Shown: piece by piece, positions 28,897 through 38,454 of the stretch
Numbering within the stretch: the first letter of the stretch is position 1
How the letters are laid out: every line of letters begins with the position of its first letter
DNA from: an uncultured Dehalococcoidales bacterium
GTDB lineage: Bacteria; Chloroflexota; Dehalococcoidia; GIF9; AB-539-J10
DNA length: 64,000 nucleotides
Assembly (NCBI GenBank): GCA_964514415.1
Contig: CAZEQL010000001.1
Span: 6,510-70,509, forward strand
Direction: 5' to 3'
Notes under the pieces: generated by a model
Databases searched by the model: none
Told to the model about the DNA's origin: nothing
The model's input: only the letters and a program-made list of their open reading frames with translations
Position numbers and translations under genes: made by a program

Positions 28897-29661
28897 GTGA
28901 ATATCTATCACATATCTTATTCATTGGACCATTATGGGACTAGAGAAGTGACTCTTTCCTTCCAGGGATGTAATTTTGAGTGCATCGGTTGTCTTCGAAA
29001 AAGGAGCAAGTATGATATCTATGCCGATAAAGAAGAGCGCATTGATATGAGCTTAGAGGGGATTATCCAAAAGGTAAATGAACTTAAGCCACACCGAGTT
29101 TATTTTGGGGGCTATGAACCTACTCTCGACCCTGATCTAATAAGTATAATCAAGACACTTTCAAGAGCTGATCGTTATCTATGTCTGTGTACCAACGGAA
29201 GTAAGTTAGATGAAGATTATGTAAAGGAATTAAGGAGAGCGGGGATAAATCAAGTTTTCCTCAGTGTGAAAGCTTTCGATCCAGGAAAACATATCTACTA
29301 CACAAAAGTCTCTAATGAGCTAAGTTTAAGAGCAATAAGCCTTCTTTCCAAAATGGAAGACGAGCATTTTATGCTTCATGTGGAGACAATCCTAATTCCA
29401 GGTGTAAACGATCCCGTGGATATTGAGAAGCTGGCAACATTTATCTCAGAGATAGACCCTACGATCCCACTCTGGATAGATCCCTGGGTTCCTACCTCAG
29501 AGGAATTTCGAGAACCAACAAAACAGGAGCTAATAGAAGCAGTCTCCAGGGCAATGAAGCATCTTTATGTCGTTTCTTACCTGCCTTTACACTCCGAAAT
29601 AAGTGAGATACGAAAAACAAGGAAGAAGACAGAGTTTGTGAACTGCCTGGCGAGAGAGTGA
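28897..29661 (+). CDS. small radical SAM protein (activase / QueE-like type)
   Basis: CNFECIGC (CxxxCxxC) 25 aa from the N-terminus. 254 aa. GTG start with an AAGGAG RBS 7 nt upstream. Confidence 0.7.
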   Translation: MNIYHISYSLDHYGTREVTLSFQGCNFECIGCLRKRSKYDIYADKEERIDMSLEGIIQKVNELKPHRVYFGGYEPTLDPDLISIIKTLSRADRYLCLCTNGSKLDEDYVKELRRAGINQVFLSVKAFDPGKHIYYTKVSNELSLRAISLLSKMEDEHFMLHVETILIPGVNDPVDIEKLATFISEIDPTIPLWIDPWVPTSEEFREPTKQELIEAVSRAMKHLYVVSYLPLHSEISEIRKTRKKTEFVNCLARE

Positions 29662-29666
29662 TTAAA

Positions 29667-29753
29667 ATGAATATCTATCATATCACTTATGCCCTAGAGG
29701 CTAAACACACTTGTCCTCTTTTAAGGGGGGATGGAAGGTTTAAGCTCAAGTAG
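29667..29753 (+). pseudogene. 5' stub duplicate of the radical SAM gene (28-codon ORF MNIYHITYALEAKHTCPLLRGDGRFKLK)
   Basis: The first ~24 nt, atgaatatctatcatatcacttat, nearly match the start of gene 28897, gtgaatatctatcacatatcttat. It lies 6 nt after that gene's stop and is then unrelated. Confidence 0.3.
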
Positions 29754-29767
29754 TGCGGGTATATTAA

Positions 29768-30892
29768 ATGATGCACTTCTCTTCCGAGTCAGTTAGCAAA
29801 CCTGCTAGCGAATTTGCCCTATCCTACCCTCTTCGCTGGAAAGGCAAGGTTTATGCCTTAGTAGGACTCGCTGGGTTGCTTTTAGTAGTAATTATTTTTG
29901 CCACTACCCTGGGAAGCGTTCACATACCCTTCTCTACCTGTTTTCAAGTCCTTTTTTCCCAGGTGCCTTTTCTCCATATCGTCCCTCCCTGTCCTGAAAT
30001 TTTTGGCATGACCCTGACGATTGAGGGACTTGAGACGATAATCTTGGACGTCAGGCTTCCGCGCATCCTTTTGGCAGGTTTAGTAGGGGCAGCTTTGGCG
30101 GTAGCCGGAGCCACCTACCAAGGGTTGTTTCGCAATCCCCTGGCTGACCCTTATCTTCTCGGCGTGGCTTCGGGGGCCGGATTGGGAGCCACTACCGCCT
30201 TCCTCATCCCTTTCACCATCTCCTGGATGAGTTTCGGAGCCGTGCCATTGTTCGCCTTTATCGGCGCCATGAGTGCTGTTGCCATTGTCTATTCACTGGC
30301 CCGTGTGGGCAAGACACTGCCGGCAACTACCCTTATCCTGGCTGGAGTAGCTTTGGGCGCTTTCCTGTCCGCAATTACCTGTTACCTTATGACCATCTGC
30401 GGGGAGGAACTGCACGGGATTGTATTCTGGCTGATGGGAGGGCTTTCCCTGACCAAGTGGTCTGAAGTATGGACAGTCCTCCCCTGTGTACTGGCAGGTA
30501 TCGTAGTCATCTGTCTTCATGCTCGGCCTCTCAACGTGATGCAGCTTGATGAAGAGCAGGCACAACAATTGGGCATCAATGTAGAAAGAGTTAAACTCAT
30601 ATTGCTGGGTACTGCGACTCTTATCACCTCCTCCGCAGTCTGTTTCACCGGACTTATCGGTTTTGTAGGCATAATCGTTCCACACGCGGTGAGGCTTATC
30701 TGGGGACCAGACCATCGTTTCTTGCTTCCCCTATCTACCCTGGTCGGTGCCATATTCCTTATCCTGGCTGACACCCTAGCCCACACTCTACTTCCACCCA
30801 CAGAGATCCCAGTAGGAGTAATCACTGCCTTCTGTGGTGCTCCTTTCTTCCTTTATTTATTGCGAAGAAAGAAAGGCCTTGCTTTCTTCTAA
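29768..30892 (+). CDS. FecCD-family ABC permease (BtuC-like corrinoid/siderophore permease)
   Basis: About 370 aa with about 9-10 TM segments. FecCD signature region with Gly-rich TM segments. Confidence 0.8.
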   Translation: MMHFSSESVSKPASEFALSYPLRWKGKVYALVGLAGLLLVVIIFATTLGSVHIPFSTCFQVLFSQVPFLHIVPPCPEIFGMTLTIEGLETIILDVRLPRILLAGLVGAALAVAGATYQGLFRNPLADPYLLGVASGAGLGATTAFLIPFTISWMSFGAVPLFAFIGAMSAVAIVYSLARVGKTLPATTLILAGVALGAFLSAITCYLMTICGEELHGIVFWLMGGLSLTKWSEVWTVLPCVLAGIVVICLHARPLNVMQLDEEQAQQLGINVERVKLILLGTATLITSSAVCFTGLIGFVGIIVPHAVRLIWGPDHRFLLPLSTLVGAIFLILADTLAHTLLPPTEIPVGVITAFCGAPFFLYLLRRKKGLAFF

Positions 30893-30902
30893 GAGGAGAA
30901 AA

Positions 30903-31637
30903 ATGAGAGAAAAGGAAATCGAAATCAACTTAGAAGGGATAAAAGCTGGAATAATTTATCACCAGTTTCAAAGAATAGAAGTAAAGACCTTCTTAGCTTA
31001 CTTCGCCAAGGAAAGGAGGTGTTTAAACACCAGGGAGGGATTTAAGAAGATAAAAGTGGTGGCTAATAATTATACTCCTCCCAGTTTATGGGAATTTACG
31101 CATCAAAATTACGATGCTCATAGGAACCAGATTTTCAGCGACTTAAATCTTTCTCCAGCCAAAACAGCTATGCTATGTACCGGAGCGGATATGGATAACC
31201 TCGCCGTCAAGTGGGAAGAATACCAGGAGTTTAAAGTCTTTGCTCTGGTTACCGCAGGAATAAAATCCAATGCCCAAAGGATAGGGGTTGATAAAGCAGG
31301 GAGCCTGGAAAGAGAAGGAATTTTTGAGACTTTAGGCACTATTAACATAATAGTTCTAACCAACGCCTCGCTCTCAGAAGGGGCACTGGCTCGAGGGATA
31401 ATTACCTTAACTGAAGCAAAGGTAATAGCCCTTGAAGATTTGGATATTAGAAGCTCTTACAATCCTGAAATTCGAGCTACGGGCACAGGAACCGATAACG
31501 CTATAATAGTATCCGGTGGAGGGCCAAAGATAAATTATCTGGGTGGACATAGCAAGATGGGCGAGCTTATGGCCAGGGCAGTAACTTCGGCAGTGAAAGA
31601 GGCTATCTTTAAGCAAAACGGGATTGAAGTGCCATGA
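30903..31637 (+). CDS. cbiZ: adenosylcobinamide amidohydrolase (CbiZ-like)
   Basis: About 245-aa soluble protein between btuC and btuD, as in corrinoid salvage loci. Family assignment is from memory of CbiZ size and sequence pattern. Confidence 0.55.
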   Translation: MREKEIEINLEGIKAGIIYHQFQRIEVKTFLAYFAKERRCLNTREGFKKIKVVANNYTPPSLWEFTHQNYDAHRNQIFSDLNLSPAKTAMLCTGADMDNLAVKWEEYQEFKVFALVTAGIKSNAQRIGVDKAGSLEREGIFETLGTINIIVLTNASLSEGALARGIITLTEAKVIALEDLDIRSSYNPEIRATGTGTDNAIIVSGGGPKINYLGGHSKMGELMARAVTSAVKEAIFKQNGIEVP

Positions 31638-32440
31638 TTAAATTAAAGGATGTCAGTCTGGGCTATGACCATCAAGCCATCTTAAATGATATAAATCTGA
31701 AGGCGGTGCCAGGCAAAATGTTAGGTCTCATCGGACCTAATGGCTCTGGGAAATCAACCTTGCTCAAGGGAATAACCCGGGTGATTAATCTTTTCTCCGG
31801 GTACATCTTCGTTGACGGCAGGGACATAAAAGACATTAAGAGAGATGAAATTGCTCGCCTTCTCGCCACGGTACCGCAAAGTCCCGTTTTACCTGAGGCG
31901 TTTACTGCCTTTGAAATGGTGCTTATGGGACGAACACCCCACCTGGGATTTCTCCGCTATGAAAGCAGAGAGGATATAGCCATTGCCTGGCAAGCGATGG
32001 AGATGACGCAGACAAAAGCTTTGGCCGAGCGCAGAATGGGTGAGCTTTCTGGGGGTGAGAGACAAAGGCTCATCATTGCTAGAGCACTGACCCAGCAGCC
32101 GAAGGCAATCCTTCTTGATGAGCCGACAGCACATCTGGACATAAATCATCAGGTCGAGATTCTCAACCTGGTTAAGAGGCTCTGCCTGGAGCAAAATTTG
32201 ACCGTCATTGCTGCCCTGCACGATTTGAATTTAGCCGCTCAATACTGTGATTGGCTAGTCATGCTAAATAAAGGGGGAATTTACACTGAGGGAACAGCAC
32301 AGGATGTACTTACAGTTCAGAATATTAAAAGTGTTTATGGAACTGAAGTATGCGTCTATCCTCATCCAGTTAATAAGTTGCCTACTACCCTTATTACGGC
32401 TGGTGGAGGTATAGAGGAAAGAACTTATACTCAGCGGTAG
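31634..32440 (+). CDS. ABC ATP-binding protein (BtuD/FepC-like)
   Basis: Walker A GPNGSGKST, signature LSGGERQRL, Walker B LLDEP. Translationally coupled (ATGA) to cbiZ. Confidence 0.85.
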   Translation: MIKLKDVSLGYDHQAILNDINLKAVPGKMLGLIGPNGSGKSTLLKGITRVINLFSGYIFVDGRDIKDIKRDEIARLLATVPQSPVLPEAFTAFEMVLMGRTPHLGFLRYESREDIAIAWQAMEMTQTKALAERRMGELSGGERQRLIIARALTQQPKAILLDEPTAHLDINHQVEILNLVKRLCLEQNLTVIAALHDLNLAAQYCDWLVMLNKGGIYTEGTAQDVLTVQNIKSVYGTEVCVYPHPVNKLPTTLITAGGGIEERTYTQR

Positions 32441-32447
32441 AAAAACT

Positions 32448-33380
32448 GTGGAACTTTTATTCATTTTGTTCTTGGCTCTAGTACTCGACCTTCTATTTGG
32501 AGAGCTACCTCGAGCCATACATCCAGTGGTGTGGATGGGAAAACTCATCTCCCTCTGGAAAAAGCTCGCCCCTGTTCGGGGCACGAAGGCTCAATTAGCC
32601 TATGGCGGCGGCACAGTTCTGCTTACTATTCTTATTTTCGCTTCGCCCGTTTATTTCCTTCTACTTTATGTAAGGAATATCAGTCCTGTAGCCTATGTAA
32701 TCACTGGTGCCCTGCTACTGAAAACGACCTTTTCTTTTAAAGAACTGCGCCGGAGCGCTTTTGACATCAAGGCGCTTTTAGCCGAGGATAATCTAGAGGA
32801 GGCGCGGGAGAAGATGCCTGCTCTGGTCAGCCGTGAAACTCAAAATCTGGGAAAGCCAGCGCTGGTATCAGCAACGGTGGAGTCGCTGGCGGAGAATACC
32901 TGTGATAGCTTCGTTGCCCCTTTGTTCTACTTTTTGCTTCTTGGCGTGCCTGGCGCTGTGGCTTATCGGGTGGTGAACACCTGGGACTCCATGATCGGCT
33001 ATCATGGGAAATATGAATACTTAGGCAGGTGCCCTGCTAAATTGGATGACGTCCTAAATTTTATCCCATCTCGGATCTCAGGGCTCCTGCTAGTAATAGC
33101 TGCCTATCTATGCAGGAAAGATGGCAAGAACGCCTGGCAGGTCATGCTTCACGACCATGGCAAAACTGAGAGTCCCAATGCGGGCTGGCCAATGAGTGCC
33201 GTAGCCGGAGCACTCAGGGTTCGACTAGAAAAAGCCGGTTGCTATAGCTTGGGCAATCCTAACAATCTCTTATCACCCCAGCTCATTTCCTCTGGAATAA
33301 ATTTAGTGGAAGTGGCTGCTCTACTTTGGGTTTTAGTCTATTCGATTGTGGAGGTAACGTATTTTGCCTTTATTGCCTAG
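32448..33380 (+). CDS. cbiB: adenosylcobinamide-phosphate synthase CbiB (CobD family)
   Basis: 310-aa polytopic membrane protein. HP..W and GK motifs of the CbiB/CobD family. GTG start. Confidence 0.75.
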   Translation: MELLFILFLALVLDLLFGELPRAIHPVVWMGKLISLWKKLAPVRGTKAQLAYGGGTVLLTILIFASPVYFLLLYVRNISPVAYVITGALLLKTTFSFKELRRSAFDIKALLAEDNLEEAREKMPALVSRETQNLGKPALVSATVESLAENTCDSFVAPLFYFLLLGVPGAVAYRVVNTWDSMIGYHGKYEYLGRCPAKLDDVLNFIPSRISGLLLVIAAYLCRKDGKNAWQVMLHDHGKTESPNAGWPMSAVAGALRVRLEKAGCYSLGNPNNLLSPQLISSGINLVEVAALLWVLVYSIVEVTYFAFIA

Positions 33381-33396
33381 GCCGGAGATACAAAGT

Positions 33397-34470
33397 ATGG
33401 CAGTCTGCCCACATGGGGGTATTGACTATGGAGAGGTAGGAATACTGGGCATTGCTCCTCAAGATATTCTTGATTTCAGTGCTAATCTAAACCCTTTTGG
33501 CCCACCACCAAGAGCAATGGAGGCATTATGCGAGCGCCATAACGAACTGAGTGAGATAATTTCCCATTATCCTGATTCCGAAGTTCGCTGTCTGAGGTGT
33601 TCCCTGGCTGATAAACTATGTGTACATATGGAAAATATACTCGTTGGTAGCGGTTCTACCGAGCTTATACGTCTTGCTGTTTTGGCTTATTTTGGTAAAG
33701 GGGATTGTGTTTTAATCATTGAGCCTACTTACGGTGAATACCAGGTTGCCTGCCAGATTGCTGGAGCATCTCTTATAAAACAGCAGCTCTCCCCACAAAA
33801 TGGTTTCTATCTCAATGCAAATGAGACCGTTGAATTAATCCAACAGCATCGCCCCAAAGGTGTCTTTGTCTGTAATCCCAATAATCCTACAGGGAGGTAT
33901 CTTTCACGAATAGATTTCGAGCGAATTCTGGATGTCGGTAAGGATTCTTTAATAATTCTAGACGAAGCTTATGTCAGCTTCGTGGATGGCACCTGGTCCT
34001 CTCTGAATATGATTGAAGGAAATAACCTACTCATCTTGCGCTCTATGACCAAGGACCATACCATGGCCGGACTCCGCCTGGGTTATGGAATAGCAAAGGA
34101 GGAAATTATCGCCAACCTTCGTCGCATCTGTCCGCCATGGAATGTCAACGCGCTGGCTCAAAAAGCGGGGGTTATCGCTGTGAACGAAGAGGAATACTTA
34201 AAGAGATGCCAGAATGAGATTAGAGAGGCGAAGGCTTATCTTTATGCTGAGCTTTCTCATCTCGGCTTGCCCCCACTCCCTTCAGAGGCAAATTTCTTCC
34301 TGGTCGAGGTGGGAGATGCTTCAGGAGTGCGGCGTGAATTGCTTGAACGAAAAATACTGGTGCGGGATTGTACCTCGTTTGGCCTGCCCCGATACATCCG
34401 CATCGCCCCCCGCACCCTTCCCGAATGCCAGAAGTTGGTTGTCGCTATTATGGAGGTGAGAGGCAGGTGA
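33397..34470 (+). CDS. cobD: L-threonine-O-3-phosphate decarboxylase (CobD, PLP-dependent class I/II aminotransferase fold)
   Basis: About 357-aa aminotransferase-fold protein with SMTKDH-type PLP-lysine context, located between cbiB and cobQ. Confidence 0.65.
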   Translation: MAVCPHGGIDYGEVGILGIAPQDILDFSANLNPFGPPPRAMEALCERHNELSEIISHYPDSEVRCLRCSLADKLCVHMENILVGSGSTELIRLAVLAYFGKGDCVLIIEPTYGEYQVACQIAGASLIKQQLSPQNGFYLNANETVELIQQHRPKGVFVCNPNNPTGRYLSRIDFERILDVGKDSLIILDEAYVSFVDGTWSSLNMIEGNNLLILRSMTKDHTMAGLRLGYGIAKEEIIANLRRICPPWNVNALAQKAGVIAVNEEEYLKRCQNEIREAKAYLYAELSHLGLPPLPSEANFFLVEVGDASGVRRELLERKILVRDCTSFGLPRYIRIAPRTLPECQKLVVAIMEVRGR

Positions 34471-34475
34471 TTAAA

Positions 34476-35996
34476 ATGCGGGCTAAGACTCTGATGATAC
34501 AGGGAACCTCTTCCTCGGTGGGCAAGAGTGTTCTGGTTACTGCCCTCTGCCGCATCTTCAAGCAGGATGGCTTTCGTGTAGCACCCTTTAAGGCACAGAA
34601 TATGGCGCTCAATTCTTTCGTCACTAAGGATGGGGAGGAAATGGGTCGGGCTCAAGTGGTACAAGCAGAGGCAGCAGGGATCGAGCCCAGAGTGGATATG
34701 AACCCTGTATTGATCAAACCAGAGGCAGATGCTAAGTCTCAGGTAATCGTTCGAGGTAAAGTGGCAAAAACTATCTCTGCCGAGAAATATTACCGCTACA
34801 CTCCTTATTTACTAAAGATAGTGGAAGACTCGCTAAACCATCTCTGTTCTACCTACGATGTGGTGATTATCGAAGGAGCTGGAAGTCCGGCGGAGATAAA
34901 TCTCAAGGCGAGGGAGATAGTCAACATGCGGATATCCAAAATAGCCCATGCTCCTGTTATTCTGGTAGGGGATATTGACAGGGGAGGAGTTTTTGCCTCC
35001 CTGGTGGGCACACTGGAGTTACTGGAAGAAGATGAGCGTAACTACATTAAGGGTTTTATTATTAACAAGTTCCGCGGCGACTTGAAGCTGCTCCAGCCGG
35101 GACTTGAGCTTCTCGAGAAACACACGGCAAAACCCGTCCTTGGCGTAGTGCCTTACTTTCGCGGCATTACCATTGCCCAGGAAGACTCAGTCTATCTTGA
35201 GGAGAGGATAGAAAATACGCCGTCTTCTGACTTGGATATCGCCATTATTCACCTCCCCCATATTTCCAACTACGATGATTTTGACCCACTGGAAGAGGAG
35301 GGTTGCAGGGTGCACTATATAGCCTATCCTTGCGAGCTAGGCTCCCCTGACCTCATTATACTGCCTGGCACTAAGAGTACTATCAGCGATCTTCTTTATC
35401 TCTGGCGGTCGGGATTGGCTGAGGATATTATTCAGCAGGCGAGGAACGGTGTGCCAGTAGTGGGCATCTGTGGTGGCTATCAAATATTGGGGAGAAGCCT
35501 CCACGACCCAGGCGGCATAGAATCATCGGAGGACAGTGCCCTGGGATTGGGGTTGCTGGACATGACGACTACTTTTACTCCGGGAAAATCCACCACTCAA
35601 GTCAGGGCGCGAGTGGCAGCCAACCATGGATTACTTGAGAAGATGAAGGGACAGGAACTCGTGGGCTATGAGATACACATGGGGCAGACCGAGAACATTG
35701 GAGATATGAGTGCCTTCCACATCTTTGAAACACCACAGGGCAAGACTGATTATTCCGATGGCACACTCAATGCCCAGGGCATGGTATTGGGAACCTATTT
35801 GCATGGCTTGTTCCACAATTTTGGCTTCAGTCGAACCTTGCTTAATTTCCTGCGACGACGCCGTGGATTGCCCCAGAGGTCAGGTGGAGCTACAATGGGA
35901 AAAGAACAGCAATATGACAGGCTGGCAGAGTTGGTGCGCCGCAGCCTTGATATGGCCGCCATCTATAAAATAATGGATGAGGGCATCAAGGCATGA
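34476..35996 (+). CDS. cobQ: cobyric acid synthase
   Basis: N-terminal P-loop GTSSSVGKS (CobQ/CobB/MinD-like) and C-terminal glutamine amidotransferase domain (GICGGYQ). ATG at 34476 with RBS. Confidence 0.85.
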   Translation: MRAKTLMIQGTSSSVGKSVLVTALCRIFKQDGFRVAPFKAQNMALNSFVTKDGEEMGRAQVVQAEAAGIEPRVDMNPVLIKPEADAKSQVIVRGKVAKTISAEKYYRYTPYLLKIVEDSLNHLCSTYDVVIIEGAGSPAEINLKAREIVNMRISKIAHAPVILVGDIDRGGVFASLVGTLELLEEDERNYIKGFIINKFRGDLKLLQPGLELLEKHTAKPVLGVVPYFRGITIAQEDSVYLEERIENTPSSDLDIAIIHLPHISNYDDFDPLEEEGCRVHYIAYPCELGSPDLIILPGTKSTISDLLYLWRSGLAEDIIQQARNGVPVVGICGGYQILGRSLHDPGGIESSEDSALGLGLLDMTTTFTPGKSTTQVRARVAANHGLLEKMKGQELVGYEIHMGQTENIGDMSAFHIFETPQGKTDYSDGTLNAQGMVLGTYLHGLFHNFGFSRTLLNFLRRRRGLPQRSGGATMGKEQQYDRLAELVRRSLDMAAIYKIMDEGIKA

Positions 35997-36538
35997 CGGA
36001 AAACGGAGAAAAGAAGGAAGTCTTCTCAAAGGGGCTAACTCAGGTTTATACTGGGGACGGCAAAGGCAAAACTACAGCAGCCCTAGGGTTGGCTCTCAGA
36101 GCGGTGGGTTGTGGAATGAAAGCCATCATCATCCAATTTATCAAAGGTGACCATACTTGTGGGGAGCATCTTTTTGCTGCCCGATACCATCCCTTCGACA
36201 TAGTGCAGCTAAACACTGAGAGCAGCTTCAACCAGACTACAGAGGGGCTTTGTTCAATTACTCGGCAGACTTTAGCCCTCGCCGAGAGAGCCATCACCCA
36301 AGGTGGCTACGACGTGGTTGTCCTCGATGAGATATTTGTTGCTGTAAGTAAAGGACTAGTAAGTACGGAGCAAGTATTAAGTTTGATGAATAAGAAGCCT
36401 GAGAAAGTGGAACTAATTTTAACTGGACGCGGGGCGCCGAAGGAAATCATTCGACAAGCAGACCTGGTTACCCAAATGGTGGCAGTTAAACATCCATTTA
36501 CTAAAGGAATTGCAGCACGAAGAGGCATTGAATACTGA
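35993..36538 (+). CDS. cobA: cob(I)yrinic acid a,c-diamide / corrinoid adenosyltransferase (CobA/CobO/BtuR type)
   Basis: 181 aa, P-loop-like GDGKGKTTAA, family-typical length, overlaps the cobQ stop. Confidence 0.8.
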   Translation: MTENGEKKEVFSKGLTQVYTGDGKGKTTAALGLALRAVGCGMKAIIIQFIKGDHTCGEHLFAARYHPFDIVQLNTESSFNQTTEGLCSITRQTLALAERAITQGGYDVVVLDEIFVAVSKGLVSTEQVLSLMNKKPEKVELILTGRGAPKEIIRQADLVTQMVAVKHPFTKGIAARRGIEY

Positions 36539-36611
36539 AACCAGTAACTGATAGATGCAAGCTTTCAGATCGCATACCTTAACAAAATAAAGGAAGGGGA
36601 GGATAAAGGTA

Positions 36612-37667
36612 ATGAACGATTCTCTATCGCAAGTATTAAAGCAAATAAAGCCTTTAGACAACGAGGCAATGGAGGCAGCTCGAGCACGACAGGACGAATT
36701 AACCAAACCCAAAGGGAGCTTGGGGCGACTGGAGGAGTTATCCATCAAGATAGCCGGCATCAGAGGCAAGATGATTCGTGGTTTTGAACACAAAGCTATT
36801 GTGACCATGGCTGCAGATCATGGCGTGGTAAGTGAAGGAATAGCCCTTTACCCTCAAGAGGTCACAAAACAGATGGTATTCAACTTCCTCAACGGTGGCG
36901 CTGGCATAAATGTTCTGGCTCGATTTATCGGCGCTCGCGTTGTCGTGGTTGATATGGGTGTAATTGGGGGATTTGAGCTTCATCCCAACCTCATTTGCAA
37001 GATGATAGACTTCGGCACCATGGACATGACCAAAGGTCCAGCTATGACTCAGCGACAGACACTGGATGCCATTGATAGCGGCATCGAGGTGATAGAGGCT
37101 GAGATAGCCAAAGGGCTTGACATCGTGGGTACTGGAGACATGGGCATTGGCAATACCACTGCCAGCAGCGCCATATGTGCTGCTATCACCGGCGAACCGG
37201 TAGAAAAGGTCACCGGACGAGGTGCGGGACTCGATGATGAGCAACTGGCACACAAAGTCAAGATGACTCAAAAGGCTCTAGCTATCAATAAGCCCAACCC
37301 TCAAGACCCCATAGATGTGTTGAGCAAAGTCGGAGGCTTTGAAATTGGCGGGCTTGTAGGAGTTATGCTCGGAGCAGCAGCGCATCGCGTTCCTGTAGTC
37401 ATTGATGGCTTTATTTCAGGAGCCGCTGCACTCATAGCCACCGAACTTGCGCCCGGGCTAAAAGATTATCTTATTGCTGCTCACCTATCTGCCGAGAGCG
37501 GGCACAGAACAATGCTGGATTATATGGAATTGACCCCGCTACTAAGCCTGGAGATGCGTCTTGGTGAGGGGACTGGGGCAGCACTGGGCATAGCAATTGT
37601 TGAGGCAGCGGTGAAAACCTTAGCTGAAATGGCAACTTTCGGGGAGGCCGGCATTTCAAAGGCTTAG
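36612..37667 (+). CDS. cobT: nicotinate-nucleotide--dimethylbenzimidazole (lower-ligand) phosphoribosyltransferase
   Basis: 351 aa with the CobT signature region GIGNTT. Confidence 0.85.
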   Translation: MNDSLSQVLKQIKPLDNEAMEAARARQDELTKPKGSLGRLEELSIKIAGIRGKMIRGFEHKAIVTMAADHGVVSEGIALYPQEVTKQMVFNFLNGGAGINVLARFIGARVVVVDMGVIGGFELHPNLICKMIDFGTMDMTKGPAMTQRQTLDAIDSGIEVIEAEIAKGLDIVGTGDMGIGNTTASSAICAAITGEPVEKVTGRGAGLDDEQLAHKVKMTQKALAINKPNPQDPIDVLSKVGGFEIGGLVGVMLGAAAHRVPVVIDGFISGAAALIATELAPGLKDYLIAAHLSAESGHRTMLDYMELTPLLSLEMRLGEGTGAALGIAIVEAAVKTLAEMATFGEAGISKA

Positions 37668-37683
37668 AAAAAAAGCAGAATAG

Positions 37684-38451
37684 ATGAGATTCTGGAGTGC
37701 ATGGCAATTCCTTACCATAATCCCCTCCCCTCACCACAGAGAGCACAGCGCTGAGGACCCGGGGAAATCAACAATTTTCTTTCCTGTGGTAGGGCTCTTT
37801 TTAGGGGCAGTGCTATTTGGGCTTGACCTTCTGCTGAGGTTATTTTTGCCTTCGCTGTTAATCAATGCCTTGCTTGTTATTGCTCTTGTTATCCTCACGG
37901 GAGCACTACATATGGATGGCTTTATTGATACCTGCGATGGGTTTGTTATACGAAGCTCAGTTTCAGACAGGTTAAAAGTTATGAGCGATAGCCGAGTTGG
38001 TGGATTTGGGGTGGTCGGGGGATGCTGCCTCATTATTGCCAAGTTTGCGGCTTTGGTTACCCTGCCACAGGAGTTGCGAGCAAGTGCCCTCATGCTTATG
38101 CCTGTCCTGAGTCGCTGGGGGATAGTATATGCTATTTATGCCTTCCCTACAGCTAAGAATGAAGGTATGGGATGGGCTATCAAGCAAGGGACAAATTGGA
38201 AAGTGATGGCAATAGCAACCCTGTTTGCCTTAATTATAGCACTGGTTTTGCTGAACTGGTGGGGAGCAGCGCTCCTGGTAACGCTTTGCCTTATTCTCTT
38301 AGGGGGTTCAAAATATCTCTGCTCTAGATTTGGAGGGCTTACCGGCGATAGCTACGGTGCTATAAGTGAGTTTGCTGAAGTAATCGTGTTGATTCTGGTG
38401 TTTATAATTGGAGAAATGGGAGGGGCCGGTTGGTTAGGCTCATTCTTGTAA
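37684..38451 (+). CDS. cobS: adenosylcobinamide-GDP ribazoletransferase (cobalamin synthase)
   Basis: 255-aa polytopic membrane protein with the CobS family pattern, following cobT. Confidence 0.8.
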   Translation: MRFWSAWQFLTIIPSPHHREHSAEDPGKSTIFFPVVGLFLGAVLFGLDLLLRLFLPSLLINALLVIALVILTGALHMDGFIDTCDGFVIRSSVSDRLKVMSDSRVGGFGVVGGCCLIIAKFAALVTLPQELRASALMLMPVLSRWGIVYAIYAFPTAKNEGMGWAIKQGTNWKVMAIATLFALIIALVLLNWWGAALLVTLCLILLGGSKYLCSRFGGLTGDSYGAISEFAEVIVLILVFIIGEMGGAGWLGSFL

Positions 38452-38454
38452 AAT

